A DNA stretch of 25,683 nt from Rhodospirillales bacterium (lineage in GTDB: Bacteria; Pseudomonadota; Alphaproteobacteria; Bin95). Made by a program: the position numbers and the translations under genes. The notes under the pieces were generated by a model. It did not search any database, was not told the DNA's origin, and worked only from the letters and a program-made list of their open reading frames with translations. The stretch spans positions 1 through 25,683 of the forward strand of contig JAYQLI010000009.1 in assembly GCA_038143065.1 (NCBI GenBank), read 5' to 3'. Positions 9,988 through 22,213 of the stretch are shown here, piece by piece (position 1 is the first letter of the stretch; every line of letters begins with the position of its first letter).

Positions 9988-10362
9988 GCCAAACTCCTTA
10001 ACCAAATTATAGGGCGCGCAACACCGACAAGTCTACCTAACTGCGTTTTTGTTCTGTAGAATGCTCACGATGGACTATGCTCATTCACTAGGGTTAAGAC
10101 ACAAAGTTTGCATTTAATGGCGGAAACACATTTTTACAACAAACAGCTAACTCAAGCGACTTCGAACACCGATGCAGCTCTCATGCCTACAACAACACCC
10201 TGAGGACGTTTACCTAATCTTTGACCTCAATATCTACTTTGCCCAATTAAAGCGCGTCCTTATCAAGTGGGTTATGGCGAGATCAAATTTCCGCCAACGT
10301 AAATATTGACCGACTTCTTGGATAAGGGCGAGATTGGAGTTATTGATAGAGGGAGTTGGTAT

Positions 10363-10821
10363 ATGAAGAATTTTACTATTGCAGCACTAATCGCATGCTC
10401 TCCTGCGTTGGTATTTGCGGGTGGACATGGAAGTTTAGCTGGACATGGAACTGGAGTTACAATTGATAATTATCATGGAGGAAAGACTGGCGGTCTAGTT
10501 ATGCAGACCACTCAGGATGTATGGATTTGGGACAATCCACCAGAAGGGTTTCCAGCAGCGTCAACTGCGACATGCAACCAATACATCGCATTTGGAGCCA
10601 CACCACAGCCCATTGGTGGAACGTTTGTATGCAGATCCGTAGATCCAGACGGCGACGTGTTGCTCAATACTGGGGCGTTTCAACCAGACGGTTCGGCTAT
10701 GATAAAAAGCATAGCAGCAACTGGCAAATGGGCCGCATATGTTGGAGCTAGCTGGATCGGAAAAACAACTATCCAAGCGGGCGAAAACGCAACAGTATAC
10801 ACGTTCACACCGACAAATTAG
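10363..10821 (+). CDS. Secreted hypothetical protein (152 aa, predicted beta-rich)
   Basis: GGGAG RBS at 10351-10355, ATG 10363, Sec signal MKNFTIAALIACSPALVFA, VDPDGD and ATGKW motifs, two Cys in the mature part, no frameshifts, followed by a hairpin. Confidence 0.8.
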   Translation: MKNFTIAALIACSPALVFAGGHGSLAGHGTGVTIDNYHGGKTGGLVMQTTQDVWIWDNPPEGFPAASTATCNQYIAFGATPQPIGGTFVCRSVDPDGDVLLNTGAFQPDGSAMIKSIAATGKWAAYVGASWIGKTTIQAGENATVYTFTPTN

Positions 10822-10826
10822 AAAAC

Positions 10827-10854
10827 AACGAGCAGGACGCAACCTGCTCGTTTA
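10827..10854 (+). terminator. Probable intrinsic terminator
   Basis: AACGAGCAGG-ACGCAA-CCTGCTCGTT, a 10-bp stem 6 nt after the stop, with a short T run. Confidence 0.65.
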
Positions 10855-11109
10855 AACTTCATTATTATGGCGCGCAACACCGACACGTCTACCAAACTGT
10901 GCTACAGGTGCTATATGAGGGAAATTTTAGCCTTCGCAAATTGTTTAACCCACAGGTCAGCACAAATATTTCGAAAAAAGCATAAACAAAAAAATAAACA
11001 TTCTCTTTGCCTATGCTCATGGCTTACGCACCTAAAACCAGCGCTGCTATACTTGGCCACTATACTCAGTATTTCAAAATAGTTCTTTGTCTTTATAGGC
11101 AGATTTTCA

Positions 11110-14100
11110 TTATCGTTCGCCAAACCCACCTCCGCCAGGGGTTTTTAGAACAACCACATCACCGCTCGAAACAGAGATTTCATCATTTCCTTCAGAATCT
11201 GATGCTCTCCATTTGCACGGATAACGCTGTTCTCACCCATTGCACCCGCAGCGCCGCCTTTTGCTCCATGAGGAGTTGTAATTCGGTGTGACGAGAGCAT
11301 GGTTACAGTCATTGGCTCTAAAAACTGGAGTTTTCTTATAATACCATTACCGCCAACAAAGCGGCCCTGACCGCCAGAACCGCTGCGAATAGAGAATTCG
11401 TTCAAGCGCACCGGAAAAACGGGTTTCCAGCACCTCAGATCCGTCATCCGGGTATTGGTCATATGGCTAGCACTGCGCTGGCCCCATCAAAACCATCGCC
11501 CGCTCCCGCGCCGCCGCAAATCGTTTCATAATTCTGATAGCTATCATTGCCATAAACAAAATTATTCATTGTCCCTTGGCTACCAGCGATCACGCCCAAC
11601 GCACCATACAGAGTATCAGCGATGGCCTGGCTGACCTCGGTATTACCTGATATTACAGCAGCTGGAGCTTTTCGGGTTGATCATACTGCCCTCAGGAACC
11701 ACCAAGGTTAAAGGTTTTAAACAGCCTTCATTCATTGGAATATCTGCACCCACCAAAGTGCGAAAAACATAAAGAACAACGGCCCGGCAAATTGCCAAAG
11801 GCGCGTTATAATTAAATTTATTTTTTGGGATGATGTGCCGGTGAAATCTCATGGTTCCCTGTCGGGCTTCATGATCGACAGAAATCGCGACTTGTATCTG
11901 ATCGCCACTATCAAGGCGATAGGTAAAGTCACAATCATGCAACACATCCAAAACCTGACGGACGCTTTCTTCTGCGTTATTCTGAACATGCGTCATATAG
12001 GCATGCACAGTCTCAAGCTCCAAATTGTGCCGTAATTTTCTAATTCCTGCACACCCGTAGCATTTGCCGCAATCTGCGCAGATAGATCTGCCATATTTTG
12101 GTCAACATCTCGGCAGGGGTATTCGCCAGATTCTAATAAAGCGCGGGTTTCCGCATCGCGCATTTGTCCCTGCGACACCAACAAAAAATTATCAATGACC
12201 ACGCCTTCTTCATGGATTATCTGACTGTCTGGAGGTGCAGATCCTGGGGTCTTTCCTCCGATATCAGCATGATGGCCCCGGCTTGCAACCGTATAGATGA
12301 TCTGCTCACCGCTTGTATCAAAAACAGGAGTTCAACCGTTACATCTGGCAATGCGCAATGCCCCGTTAAACGGGTTATTCATCATAAATACATCGCCAGG
12401 TTTGATCGCGCCTTTGTTCAGGCGCAATATGGTGCGTACGCTTTCAGACATAGAACCGAGATGCACAGGGACATGCGGCGCATTCGCCACAAGATCGCCG
12501 GCTTGATCGAACAGGGCGCATGAAAAATCATAACGTTCTTTTATATTTACCGAATAAGCCGTGTTAGCCAAGGTCGCGCCCATCTGATCGGCGATGGACA
12601 TAAACAAATTGTTAAACACCTCAAGCATCACTGGATCCACTTGGGTTCCAATAGCGTCTTGGCGCTTTTAAGGGCATGACGCGACCCAGGATCAATGCCC
12701 CGCCTTCTGCGCATTCTGCATGCCAGCCCTGTTCCAAAATATTAGTTCCCGTAGGCTCACTGATAATGGCGGGACCCTCAACAATTTGACCTTGCGACAG
12801 CAAACTTTCTCTCAACCAGTGGCACCGTGCGAAATGCCCCTGAGACCACATCTCCGCCTGTTGTGAAGGCACTTGATTGCTAGGCATATCGGGCATTTTT
12901 ACGGTCTCACCGGTTGACCCAATCGCTTCCGCGGTCAGCAGATCGATCAACAGCAAGGCGTCTTTTGGATAAAAGCCAAAACGTTTCTGATGCGCCGCTT
13001 CAAAGGCTGCAGTCATTTTTGAGGCGTCGTAAAAGGTATTTCCAAAGTCTGCTGTGCGCCCTCAGGGCGAATATGAGCCATTTTCTTCATAGTGATCTGA
13101 TCCACGGGAATAGATTGGCTTGCGACTTCAGACTTCGCTTTTTCCACCAGATCCGCCATCACTTTTTCGGCCTGGGCCAAAGCCGAAAACCCTTTCCCAA
13201 ATTGATGTTCTCGCAACGCGCGCACATCCGCCAAACCCATGCCAAAGGCCGATAATACACCTGCAAAAGGGTGGATAAACACGCGCTCAATGCCCAACGC
13301 ATCTGCAACCAAACACGCATGCTGACCACCCGCACCTCCGAAGCAGTTCAGCGTATACCGGGTCACATCATAGCCGCGTTGAACGCTAATTTTTGATCGC
13401 GTTGGCCATATTTTCCACTGCAATACGCAAAAAACCTTCTGCAAGCTCCTCGATCGGTTTTTCAATACCAATCTCGTGGGCTAAAGCCTGAAACTTTTGC
13501 TAACAACAGCTTTATCAAGGGGTTGGTCCGAATTCTGTCCGAAAACCGCAGGAAACAAATGCGGCTGCAATTTACCCAAAAGCACATTGCAATCTGTCAC
13601 CGTCAACGGGCCATCGCGCCGATAGGCCGCAGGCCCGGATTTGCGCCAGCGCTTTCAGGCCCAACTTGCATGCGCCCATCGCGATAGGATAACAACGAAC
13701 CCCCACCTGCAGCCACAGTGTGAATTGACATCATCGGGGCGCGCATGCGCACACCCGCCACTTCTGTTTCAAAGCTGCGTTCAAATTCGCCCGCATAATG
13801 ACACATCTGTAGAAGTGCCGCCCATATCAAAGCCAATTAACTTATCATAGCCAAGCTCTGCGGCGGTTCGCACCATCCCAACCACGCCACCCGCAGGGCC
13901 AGAAAGAATAGCATCACGCCCCTCAAACAAGCTCGCATCGGTCAATCCACCATTTGAACGCATGAACATCAAACGGGGGCTTTTTTCTTGCTCTGCTGCT
14001 CCCAACGCGTCTGAAACTTGTCGAACATAGCGGCGCAAAATAGGCGACAGATAAGCATCTACAACCGCTGTATCACCCCGAGCCACCAATTTTATTAAGG

Positions 14101-14679
14101 GGCTGGCTTTATGGCTCAACGAAATTTGTGAAAATCCTGCCTGCCGGGCCAATTTCCCCAATACTATTTCATGCGCGGGATATCTATAACTGTGCATCAA
14201 TGCGATCGCCACAGAGCGATATCCTTTCGCAAAAGCCGCGGCCAGAGCCTGCGTCGCCTGCGCTATATTACAGGGCTGCAACACCTGCCCATCGGCCGCT
14301 ATGCGCTCTTCTATTTCGGCCACCTCACTATAAAGAAGTTCTGGTAGTTGAATATTTAAATCGAACAAGCGCGGCCGGTTTTGATAGCCAATGCGCAATA
14401 AATCACCCAAACCTTGTAATCAGCAACAAAGTCGGCTCGCCTTTACGTTCCAACAGGGCATTTGTGGCAACGGTAGTACCCATTTTCACCGCGCCTATTT
14501 TTCTTTGGAATAGGCTCGGCCTCACCAGACCCAACAAGTTTCGGATGCCATATATGGCAGCATCTTCATAGGCCTCGGGGGTTCTCCGACAGCAGTTTAT
14601 GGGTGTACAGCCTACCCTCGGGGGTTTTCGCGACGATATCAGTAAATGTTCCCCCACGATCGATCCAAAACTGCCACAT
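11110..14679 (-). CDS. oplA: Fused hydantoinase A/B, 5-oxoprolinase (OplA/OPLAH-type, ~1190 aa); many frameshifts in this sequence
   Basis: AAGGAG RBS then [14 protein letters not shown] (ATG 14679); [17 protein letters not shown]; [11 protein letters not shown]; [11 protein letters not shown]; HTVAAGGGS; [10 protein letters not shown]; [20 protein letters not shown]...[13 protein letters not shown]...[13 protein letters not shown]; MTNTRMTD; ends [10 protein letters not shown]-stop. Confidence 0.9.
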
Positions 14680-14745
14680 GGCACAACTCCTTCCTGCGCT
14701 GGCATGCCAGCCGGTTACACATATTAAAAAATAATTCCGAGAGGC

Positions 14746-16029
14746 TTAATATACCAAAGATGGCAACCACAGCGCCAAACCAGGAAACACCAATAGCAAA
14801 CCCAACATTACAAACATCGTAATCACAAAAGGCAATGCCCCTTTGATCACGTCATTCATCGGCCCGCCTTGGCGAATGCCCTGAACAACATAAAGATTGA
14901 TCCCAATCGGGGGCGTAATCAGCGCCGTTTCCAAAAGCACCATCAGTAAAATTCCAAACCAAACCGGATCAAAACCCAAAGCGACAACAATCGGCGTTAT
15001 CAGAGGTGCCATGGTCAGCAGCATAGATAAGGTTTCCATAAAGCACCCAATTATAACCAAAACTGCAACGATCATCAGCATCGTTTGCATCGGCGTCCAG
15101 CCAAGCCCAGTAACAAAATCCGTTAAGGCTTGCGTCAGGCCGATAATTGACAGCACAAAGTTCAAAAAGACCGCAGCAATGATGATGAGCATAATCATTG
15201 CTGTTGTGCGCATGGTTCCCTCGGCGGCTTGACGCATCATGCCCAATGACAATTTGCCATTGGCAAAGGCCAAGAGCATCGCCGCAACCACGCCCAACGC
15301 AGCAGCTGAGTTGGCGTAGCGATTCCTGCATAAATAGATCCAACAACCACCGCGAAAATGCCTAAAGGAGGTAGCAATGAAGGCAAAGCGCTTAGCCGCT
15401 CCCACCACCAGCTGTGGCGCAGTTTTTTCTCCCCCCATTTTGGGTTCAACATGCATGCGATGATAACGGTCGACATGAATAACAAAGCCAAGAGAAACCC
15501 TGGTAAAAAACCCGCCAGGTAAAGTTCTGGCACGGACGTATTGGTCAGCAATCCATAAAGAATTAAATTAATAGATGGCGGAATTAAAATTCCCAATGTG
15601 CCCCCGGCGGCCACCGTGCCCAAAAACAAACTTTCATTATAGCCACGCTTCTTTAATTTGCGGCAGAGCAACCGTACCAATAGTAGCGGCCGTTGCCACC
15701 GAAGATCCCGGAGGTTGCAGCGAATAGAGCAGATGAGCCGATATTAGAATGCATTAAGCCCCGGCAACCAGCCAAGCCACTTTACGATGCTGTCATACAT
15801 ACGCTCCGTGATGCCAGCGCGCAGTAAGATTTCCATCATGACGAACATGGGGATCGCCACCAGCAAGAAATCAGTTGAGGTTTGCCAAGCCAAGTCGGAA
15901 AATGGCGCGGTAGAGCGGCATGGGACTATCGGTATATTGTAGGGATCAGCCCAACCAGCCAAGCGACGCTGCAATCGGCACCGATAGCCCTATCAAGCCT
16001 AATAAAATCAAAAGTGTTTTAAAAAGCAT
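14746..16029 (-). CDS. dctM: TRAP transporter large permease; frameshifted
   Basis: LLVAIPMFVMM, ATSGSSVATAA region, GTVAAGGTLGILIPPSI, GIATPT, FDPVWFGILL...ALITPPIGINLYV. Confidence 0.9.
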
Positions 16030-16033
16030 CAGA

Positions 16034-16596
16034 TTAAACCGTTTCGTCTTCGATTTGTTCGTCCAATGATTTGACGCCAATCAGATCCTGCGCCCCGCCC
16101 GTATCGCCCTGAAGCATGCGTTTAAGCGCCACCAGCCCGATCAAAAAACCGGAAAAACAAGAAAAGCATCCATCCGAGCAACCAAGGAATTTGGGGCAAG
16201 GCGAGCGGCACGCGCATCGGCGTAATAGAACGCGATCCGTTTTCCAAGGAATCTGCCACCATATACCAAACATTTTCTACAAGAATTACAGCAAACCCCA
16301 TCAGCAAAATCATACCGAATAAATTGACGACCCCCTGCAGGCTTTTGGGAAAAAGGCTAAGCAACGCATCAACGCGAATATGAGCCCGTTCAAACAGGGC
16401 ATAAGATAGCAAGCGCTGTCGCGACGCCGAATGTATACCCTGAAATTTCATCGGCCCCTCCCAGCGAAATATTAAAAATTTTGCGTAGGAAAACTTCAAA
16501 GGTCACCAGAAATGCTGAGAAAACAATCAATCCGCCGCCAAGCCATGTTAACCAAAGACTAACTCTGCGCGTATTATCTAACAAACGTTCTAACAT
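16034..16596 (-). CDS. dctQ: TRAP transporter small permease; frameshifted
   Basis: MLERLLD...EVFLRKIFNISLGGADEISGY, ALFERAHIRVD, SITPMRVPLALPQIPWLLGW. Lies between dctP and dctM. Confidence 0.88.
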
Positions 16597-16658
16597 CTCA
16601 GTTCCTCGTTGATCTCAAATAGGGCGGCGGGAATGTCGCCGCCCAGTTTATCAAGCGC

Positions 16659-17710
16659 TTATTTGGCAGCGGCCGTCAGCCCCAAGATCGGACCAACGGT
16701 TGCGTTCCAATTCTCAGCGCATTCGGCACCACAACGCTCAGCCCAACGCGCCAGAACTACATCTGTTGCAATTGTATCGCGCAGTGCAAGATCAGCGGCC
16801 GAAGGTTCTACCAAAGTCATCGACCCACCTTCTCCTACAGAACAAGCTCCACCCGTTATGCAAGAAATGGCAATATCATCCTCGGTTGCGGTTTCTTTCC
16901 ACATTGCATCAGTAAGTGCTGCTGTTTCGCTTTGCATCAACGCTTGCTGATCTGCGGACAGGCTGTTCCATTTATCCAAATTCATGGCGCCAAAGGCTAG
17001 ACCCCAACCCACACGTAAGGTGAATGCATGCGTTGCAACTTGGTTCCATTTGGCAATGTGTATGCAGACATTGTTCCCAGCCTTAGCACAACCACAACGC
17101 CTTTCTCAAGTGCTGGAATGACTTCCCCAAATGAGACTGTGACCGAGGTACCACCCACGCCTTCGACAAAATCACCTAATGTGGTCGAGTAAACCCGGAT
17201 TTTCTTACCTCTCGAGGTCTGCAATACCATTCACTTCCCCCATTGCACCACAAAGTCTGGTTGTGTGGGAATGGGTAAAGCATCAGTAATTTTGCATTAT
17301 AAATTTCTTCAAATGCTTTCTCTAAAGTTGGGAAAGTAGGCGTCAGATACTTTTCGCTGCGTATCGATATCTTGTGTCAATGAAGACAGATCAGCACCCT
17401 CAAAAATAGCATTTTCAGCCGCCACATAACCTGGCAACCCGAAGGCGAAATCAAACACGCCGTTTTTGACCAAACGCATTATTTCAAATCCCTTCAAACC
17501 AAGGCCGGATTGAGACTGGATTTTGCCTACGATATCCCGCCTTGAAGCCGCGTTGAGGCGGGTGTTGAAAAATGGCTCTTCATGTTTTTGAAAATTGGTC
17601 AGGCTAGACCAAGTTCCCACCGCAGTCAGGACCACTGGCCCATCGGCCAAGGCTGCGCTGGCACTCAAGGCCAATCCTGCGAGTGCTGTAGTGATTTTTT
17701 TCAGTTTCAT
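16659..17710 (-). CDS. dctP: TRAP substrate-binding protein; frameshifted
   Basis: Signal peptide MKLKKITTALAGLALSASAALA; GKKIRV (conserved carboxylate-binding Arg); FGEVIPALEKGVV; MNLDKWNSLSADQQALM. Confidence 0.88.
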
Positions 17711-17754
17711 TTTTAGTCTCCCTTTTGGTTATGAGTTTTGTGGATTTGGTAAAA

Positions 17755-18586
17755 TTAGAAGTTTCGGCATTTTCTGACACATCTGTAACCAGCATATGGC
17801 CAGGAGAATGCGTGATGCAGATCGGCAGTTTTGCACGAGCAGTACGTTTTGCGGGTCACTCCACAGGCCCAATAAACGGGTACCTCACCGGGTTGAATTT
17901 CAACTGCATCACCCCAATCTGGTTGGCTTAGATCTGTGATCCCAATCTCTGCCGGATCACCCGTTGCAATAGGCGCACCATGCGCCTGCGGATATTGACG
18001 GCTGATGCGGCGTGCTTTGCTCAACCAGCTCTCTCTGGAATGGGGCGCATTGTCGCCACCATTTTGCCCGAAAACCTGCCCGCAGGTACCAAATCAATAT
18101 TGCTGCGATACATTGGAACATTTTTGCCCGTTTCGACATGCCGAACTGGAATGCCATTTCGGATCAACGCATTTTCGAACGTAAACGAACAGCCTAGTGC
18201 CACCGTCACGAGATCTCTGACCATATATTGGATATATCGGTCACCCCTCGCGCAATGCCCCATCTTGAAAGACGCGATATTTGGAAACATCGCTGCGGAT
18301 ATCAATCTCTTTGCCAAGTGTAGGTAAAAACGGTGGTGAGCCACTATCTCCGATCCCAACAATCGGGCATGGTTTGGATCTTTTGATAAAAAGCGCAAAA
18401 AGTTCAATGCGTAGCACTCGACAAAATCGCCAGATTGCATTGAAGTTTACCAGCTGCCAGGCCAGCAGTATGCCCTTTATAAAGCCCCGCCCGAATGGCA
18501 GCGCGCAGCTCGGCAGGCGTAACCATTTTCAAATCAGCATGTGTTTTTAGTTTCTGATAACATAACAGCGCTCTAATAATATTCAT
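17755..18586 (-). CDS. DUF1445 putative hydro-lyase / D-glutamate cyclase family (YcsI-like); frameshifted, ends approximate
   Basis: [99 protein letters not shown]. Confidence 0.88.
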
Positions 18587-18623
18587 CAGAGCATTGCACA
18601 GAGCGCCTTATCCATTCAAATTA

Positions 18624-19533
18624 TCATTTTATATCACTTGTGACAATTTTTTGAAATTGAGGTTGGGATTTATCCCAATTTAAAGCTACATCTTGCGCAA
18701 TTACGGCACTATTTTCACAAGGAAGCTACATGTGGCTCTGACAGATAAGAGGCCGTAAACTGTAGGGGCCGTGGGCGAAATCCAGCATCAAATTCTACGA
18801 TTTGTTCTGACTTTAGAAAGTCACGCGCCAATGCACGCGGATAAGGCCCCACAGCGATTCCGCTGCAATCATTTTCAAACTGGCTGATAGAGAAGCTGAG
18901 GCAAACACCCGGACGCTTGGGCCTATTCTTCGGGATAATTCTGACATCAGCTCGCGATAGGGCCGCGTCATTCGCGCGTATGAAATGACCGGAACGACAC
19001 TTAGATCGGTTTGTGCGTTTGAGACAGACCGATACCAGTGCAAATCAAAAGATGGCAAGGGAACGTTTTCAACAGAAAATTCTGACACGGGTCCCATCAA
19101 AAACGCTAGGTCTAGTTTGCGTTCCAACAACGACGTGCGTAAATTCAAAGATATGTCGACCGTAAGGTCCACATTGACGCGTGGGTAAGTTTCACTAAAA
19201 GCTTTTAGAAACTCTGGCAGCCAAGCCCGTGCAATTGTTTCAGATGCCCCCACCCGGAACAAACCATCAGCTTCAGACGGGTTCGCAACGCGCTGTTTTA
19301 TCTCTTCTTCAACGAAGAGCATTTGTTCCGCATAAGATAAGAGCAAAGTGCCTTGTTTCGTCAGCACTAATTCGCCCAAACTCCGCTCAAACAAAGGTAC
19401 ACGCAATTCATCTTCAAGATTGGCTATGCGCGTCGACACCGCAGGCTGAGGAAGATAGCAAGCCGCTGGCAGCCTTGCGAAAGCCGCCAAGCCGCGCCAC
19501 CCATAAGAATGTTCTAATTTGATCAAAAGTCAT
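18624..19533 (-). CDS. LysR family transcriptional regulator; frameshifted
   Basis: ATG 19533 gives MTFDQIRTFLWVARLGGFRKAA; QPAVSTRIANLEDELRVPLFER...LTKQG HTH; FRVGASET...FSETYPRV...LDLAFL effector domain. Confidence 0.9.
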
Positions 19534-19572
19534 ATCTGATTTATATCGTGGATAGGATATGGCACAAAACCC

Positions 19573-19587
19573 ATAAAATTCGTTTAT
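19573..19587. promoter_or_regulatory. LysR-type T-N11-A box
   Basis: ATAA-AATTCGT-TTAT about 40 bp upstream of the LysR start. Confidence 0.45.
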
Positions 19588-19789
19588 AAAATCAGCTGGT
19601 GTGGAAACGGCTTGTCACTTAAAATACGTCAACCCAAACTCTAACAACGTTCCTTTGATCAAAGACTCTCGTTCTCCCAATGGGGTTAAGGCACAGTGTT
19701 TGAGCCCGAAATCGCATCCAACGAACACGCAAAAAAGTGTGTTTGGTGTGTTTTTGAAATATACACGCATAACGTTAATAGCGAAAAAC

Positions 19790-19802
19790 TAAGTCATTGA
19801 TA
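19790..19802 (-). promoter_or_regulatory. IHF consensus site next to the att core
   Basis: Minus strand TATCAATGACTTA matches WATCAANNNNTTR exactly, 13 bp from the tRNA fragment. Confidence 0.55.
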
Positions 19803-19815
19803 TCGTTTTGGAATA

Positions 19816-19861
19816 TGGTGCCTGGGGGCGGATTTGAACCACCGACACGAGGATTTTCAGT
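19816..19861 (-). mobile_element. 3' fragment of tRNA-Phe(GAA): att core of a tRNA-integrated island (not a complete tRNA gene)
   Basis: Minus strand ACTGAAAATCCTCGTGTCGGTGGTTCAAATCCGCCCCCAGGCACCA covers the anticodon loop GAA, T-arm GGTTCAAATCC and CCA end. The 5' half (acceptor and D-arm) is replaced by AT-rich sequence. Confidence 0.9.
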
Positions 19862-20051
19862 AACGATGGTATAAAATTAATTCTCAATTACAAATAATTA
19901 TATAAAAATTAATTAGGTGTGCAAAAAGTGTGTTTTTACTGCTTCGTTTGCTCTGGAGAAACCACTGTGTCTTGAACCAATGCCGAAACGCACCCCTTCA
20001 GTCATGAATAACCTTTCTTAGAAAGACAACACAAATCAAAATTAGACAAAG

Positions 20052-21096
20052 TTAACCTGAAAACCTTTAAAGGCTGGACGCTTCCATTCGAGCTTGCGGC
20101 ATCGTAAGCAGCTTCAACAAGCGCAAATGTGTTTAAATTATCTCTACCAGATATTTCAGCCGTCTACACCTTGTCTGTAGCAATCGATTAAATGCGAATT
20201 TGTATTCAAACTGCTTCCTGTGAGACGCACCATTCTTTCGAGAACCAGGGGAGCATCGGTGTTTCGATAACGCGATCATAGGATTTATTATTTGCCGTAA
20301 CTGTAATCACTTGATCAGGTTTCAGTAGTATTGATCCTGAGGTTCCCTCAATTTCTAACAATGTTTGTGGAAAGTAATCAGGTAATCGCTTGGCCTGATA
20401 TGTTGTTTCAACGACAGTTACTGCGCCAGTGTCATGTCTTAACATAATTGTAGCTGTGTCTTCTCCCAAAACGCGAGGATTCCGCTTTTGTGTTTCACAA
20501 TGAAGACGCTCGACTTCGCCAAAAGAAACGTGCTAAATCTAAAATATGAATTCCTGGATCCAAAATAGAGAACCGTTTTCGTTAGCCAGGTATGGTTGAT
20601 TTTTATAGATATCAAATCCAGTCCTGAATGTAAGCCGTCCCCAATTTAAATCGCCTATTTCACCACTGGTGATAATTTCTTTTACGCATCGCATAACGCG
20701 GGAAAACCGAAAGTTTTCATGAACGGCAAGCCAAGCTTCGGAAGATTTCGCCTTGTCAACTATTTCGATACACTCAGGCAAGGTGGGAGCAAAGGGTTTT
20801 TGAACAATAGCGGAAATGCCTTTTTCTAAAACAGCAAAAGCAAGATCTTTATGGTGCTCAGCCTGTGTAACGATATCAATGAGATCTAGGTCCTCTAACG
20901 CGAGCATCTTGTCGATATTCGTATAAAAATTTGTTCCAAATTCCTTAGCCGCTAGCTGTGCCTTGTCTTCATCAAGATCACACACGCCAACTAACTCAAC
21001 TCCACGAGGCTTCAAATAATCACACGCATGGAGGTGATTTTGTGCATAAAATCCGCATCCAATCAGCCCAACTCGAATTGCTTTTTGATGCTGCAT
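20052..21096 (-). CDS. Gfo/Idh/MocA oxidoreductase resembling D-apiose dehydrogenase (ApsD); frameshifted, 3' end approximate
   Basis: VGLIGCGFYAQNHLHA, QKPFA, VHENFRF, WGRLTFRTGFDIYKNQPYLA, GEDTATIMLRH, FPQTLLEIEG, SGRDNLNTFALVEAAY. Confidence 0.85.
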
Positions 21097-21205
21097 TTTT
21101 TTATCCCTTATTCGCCATTTGTCATCCTGGGTTTGATTGGATAACGTCAATCAAAGCCAAACGCATGGGCTTTGCCCATAAACCCTGATCCAATCAAACC
21201 AACCT

Positions 21206-22168
<963 letters not shown>

Positions 22169-22213
22169 CGCGGCCCCTTAATCTAAGTTCTAGTTTGCGC
22201 GACAGAAGACCGT

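Noticed and set aside
10091-10854. Integron with attC cassettes
   Set aside because: No RYYYAAC...GTTRRRY attC structure, and the integrase has an N-terminal arm-binding region unlike IntI.
11110-14679. Programmed frameshifting or a multi-subunit hydantoinase
   Set aside because: Breaks are numerous and fall inside conserved domains; the total span matches a single fused enzyme with sequencing indels.
18663-18678. Palindrome TTGGGAT-TT-ATCCCAA near the lysR 3' end
   Set aside because: Short, inside the probable coding tail, no U-tract; a function cannot be supported.
19816-19891. Complete tRNA-Phe gene
   Set aside because: Only the 3' 46 nt are present; upstream sequence cannot form the D-arm or acceptor stem.
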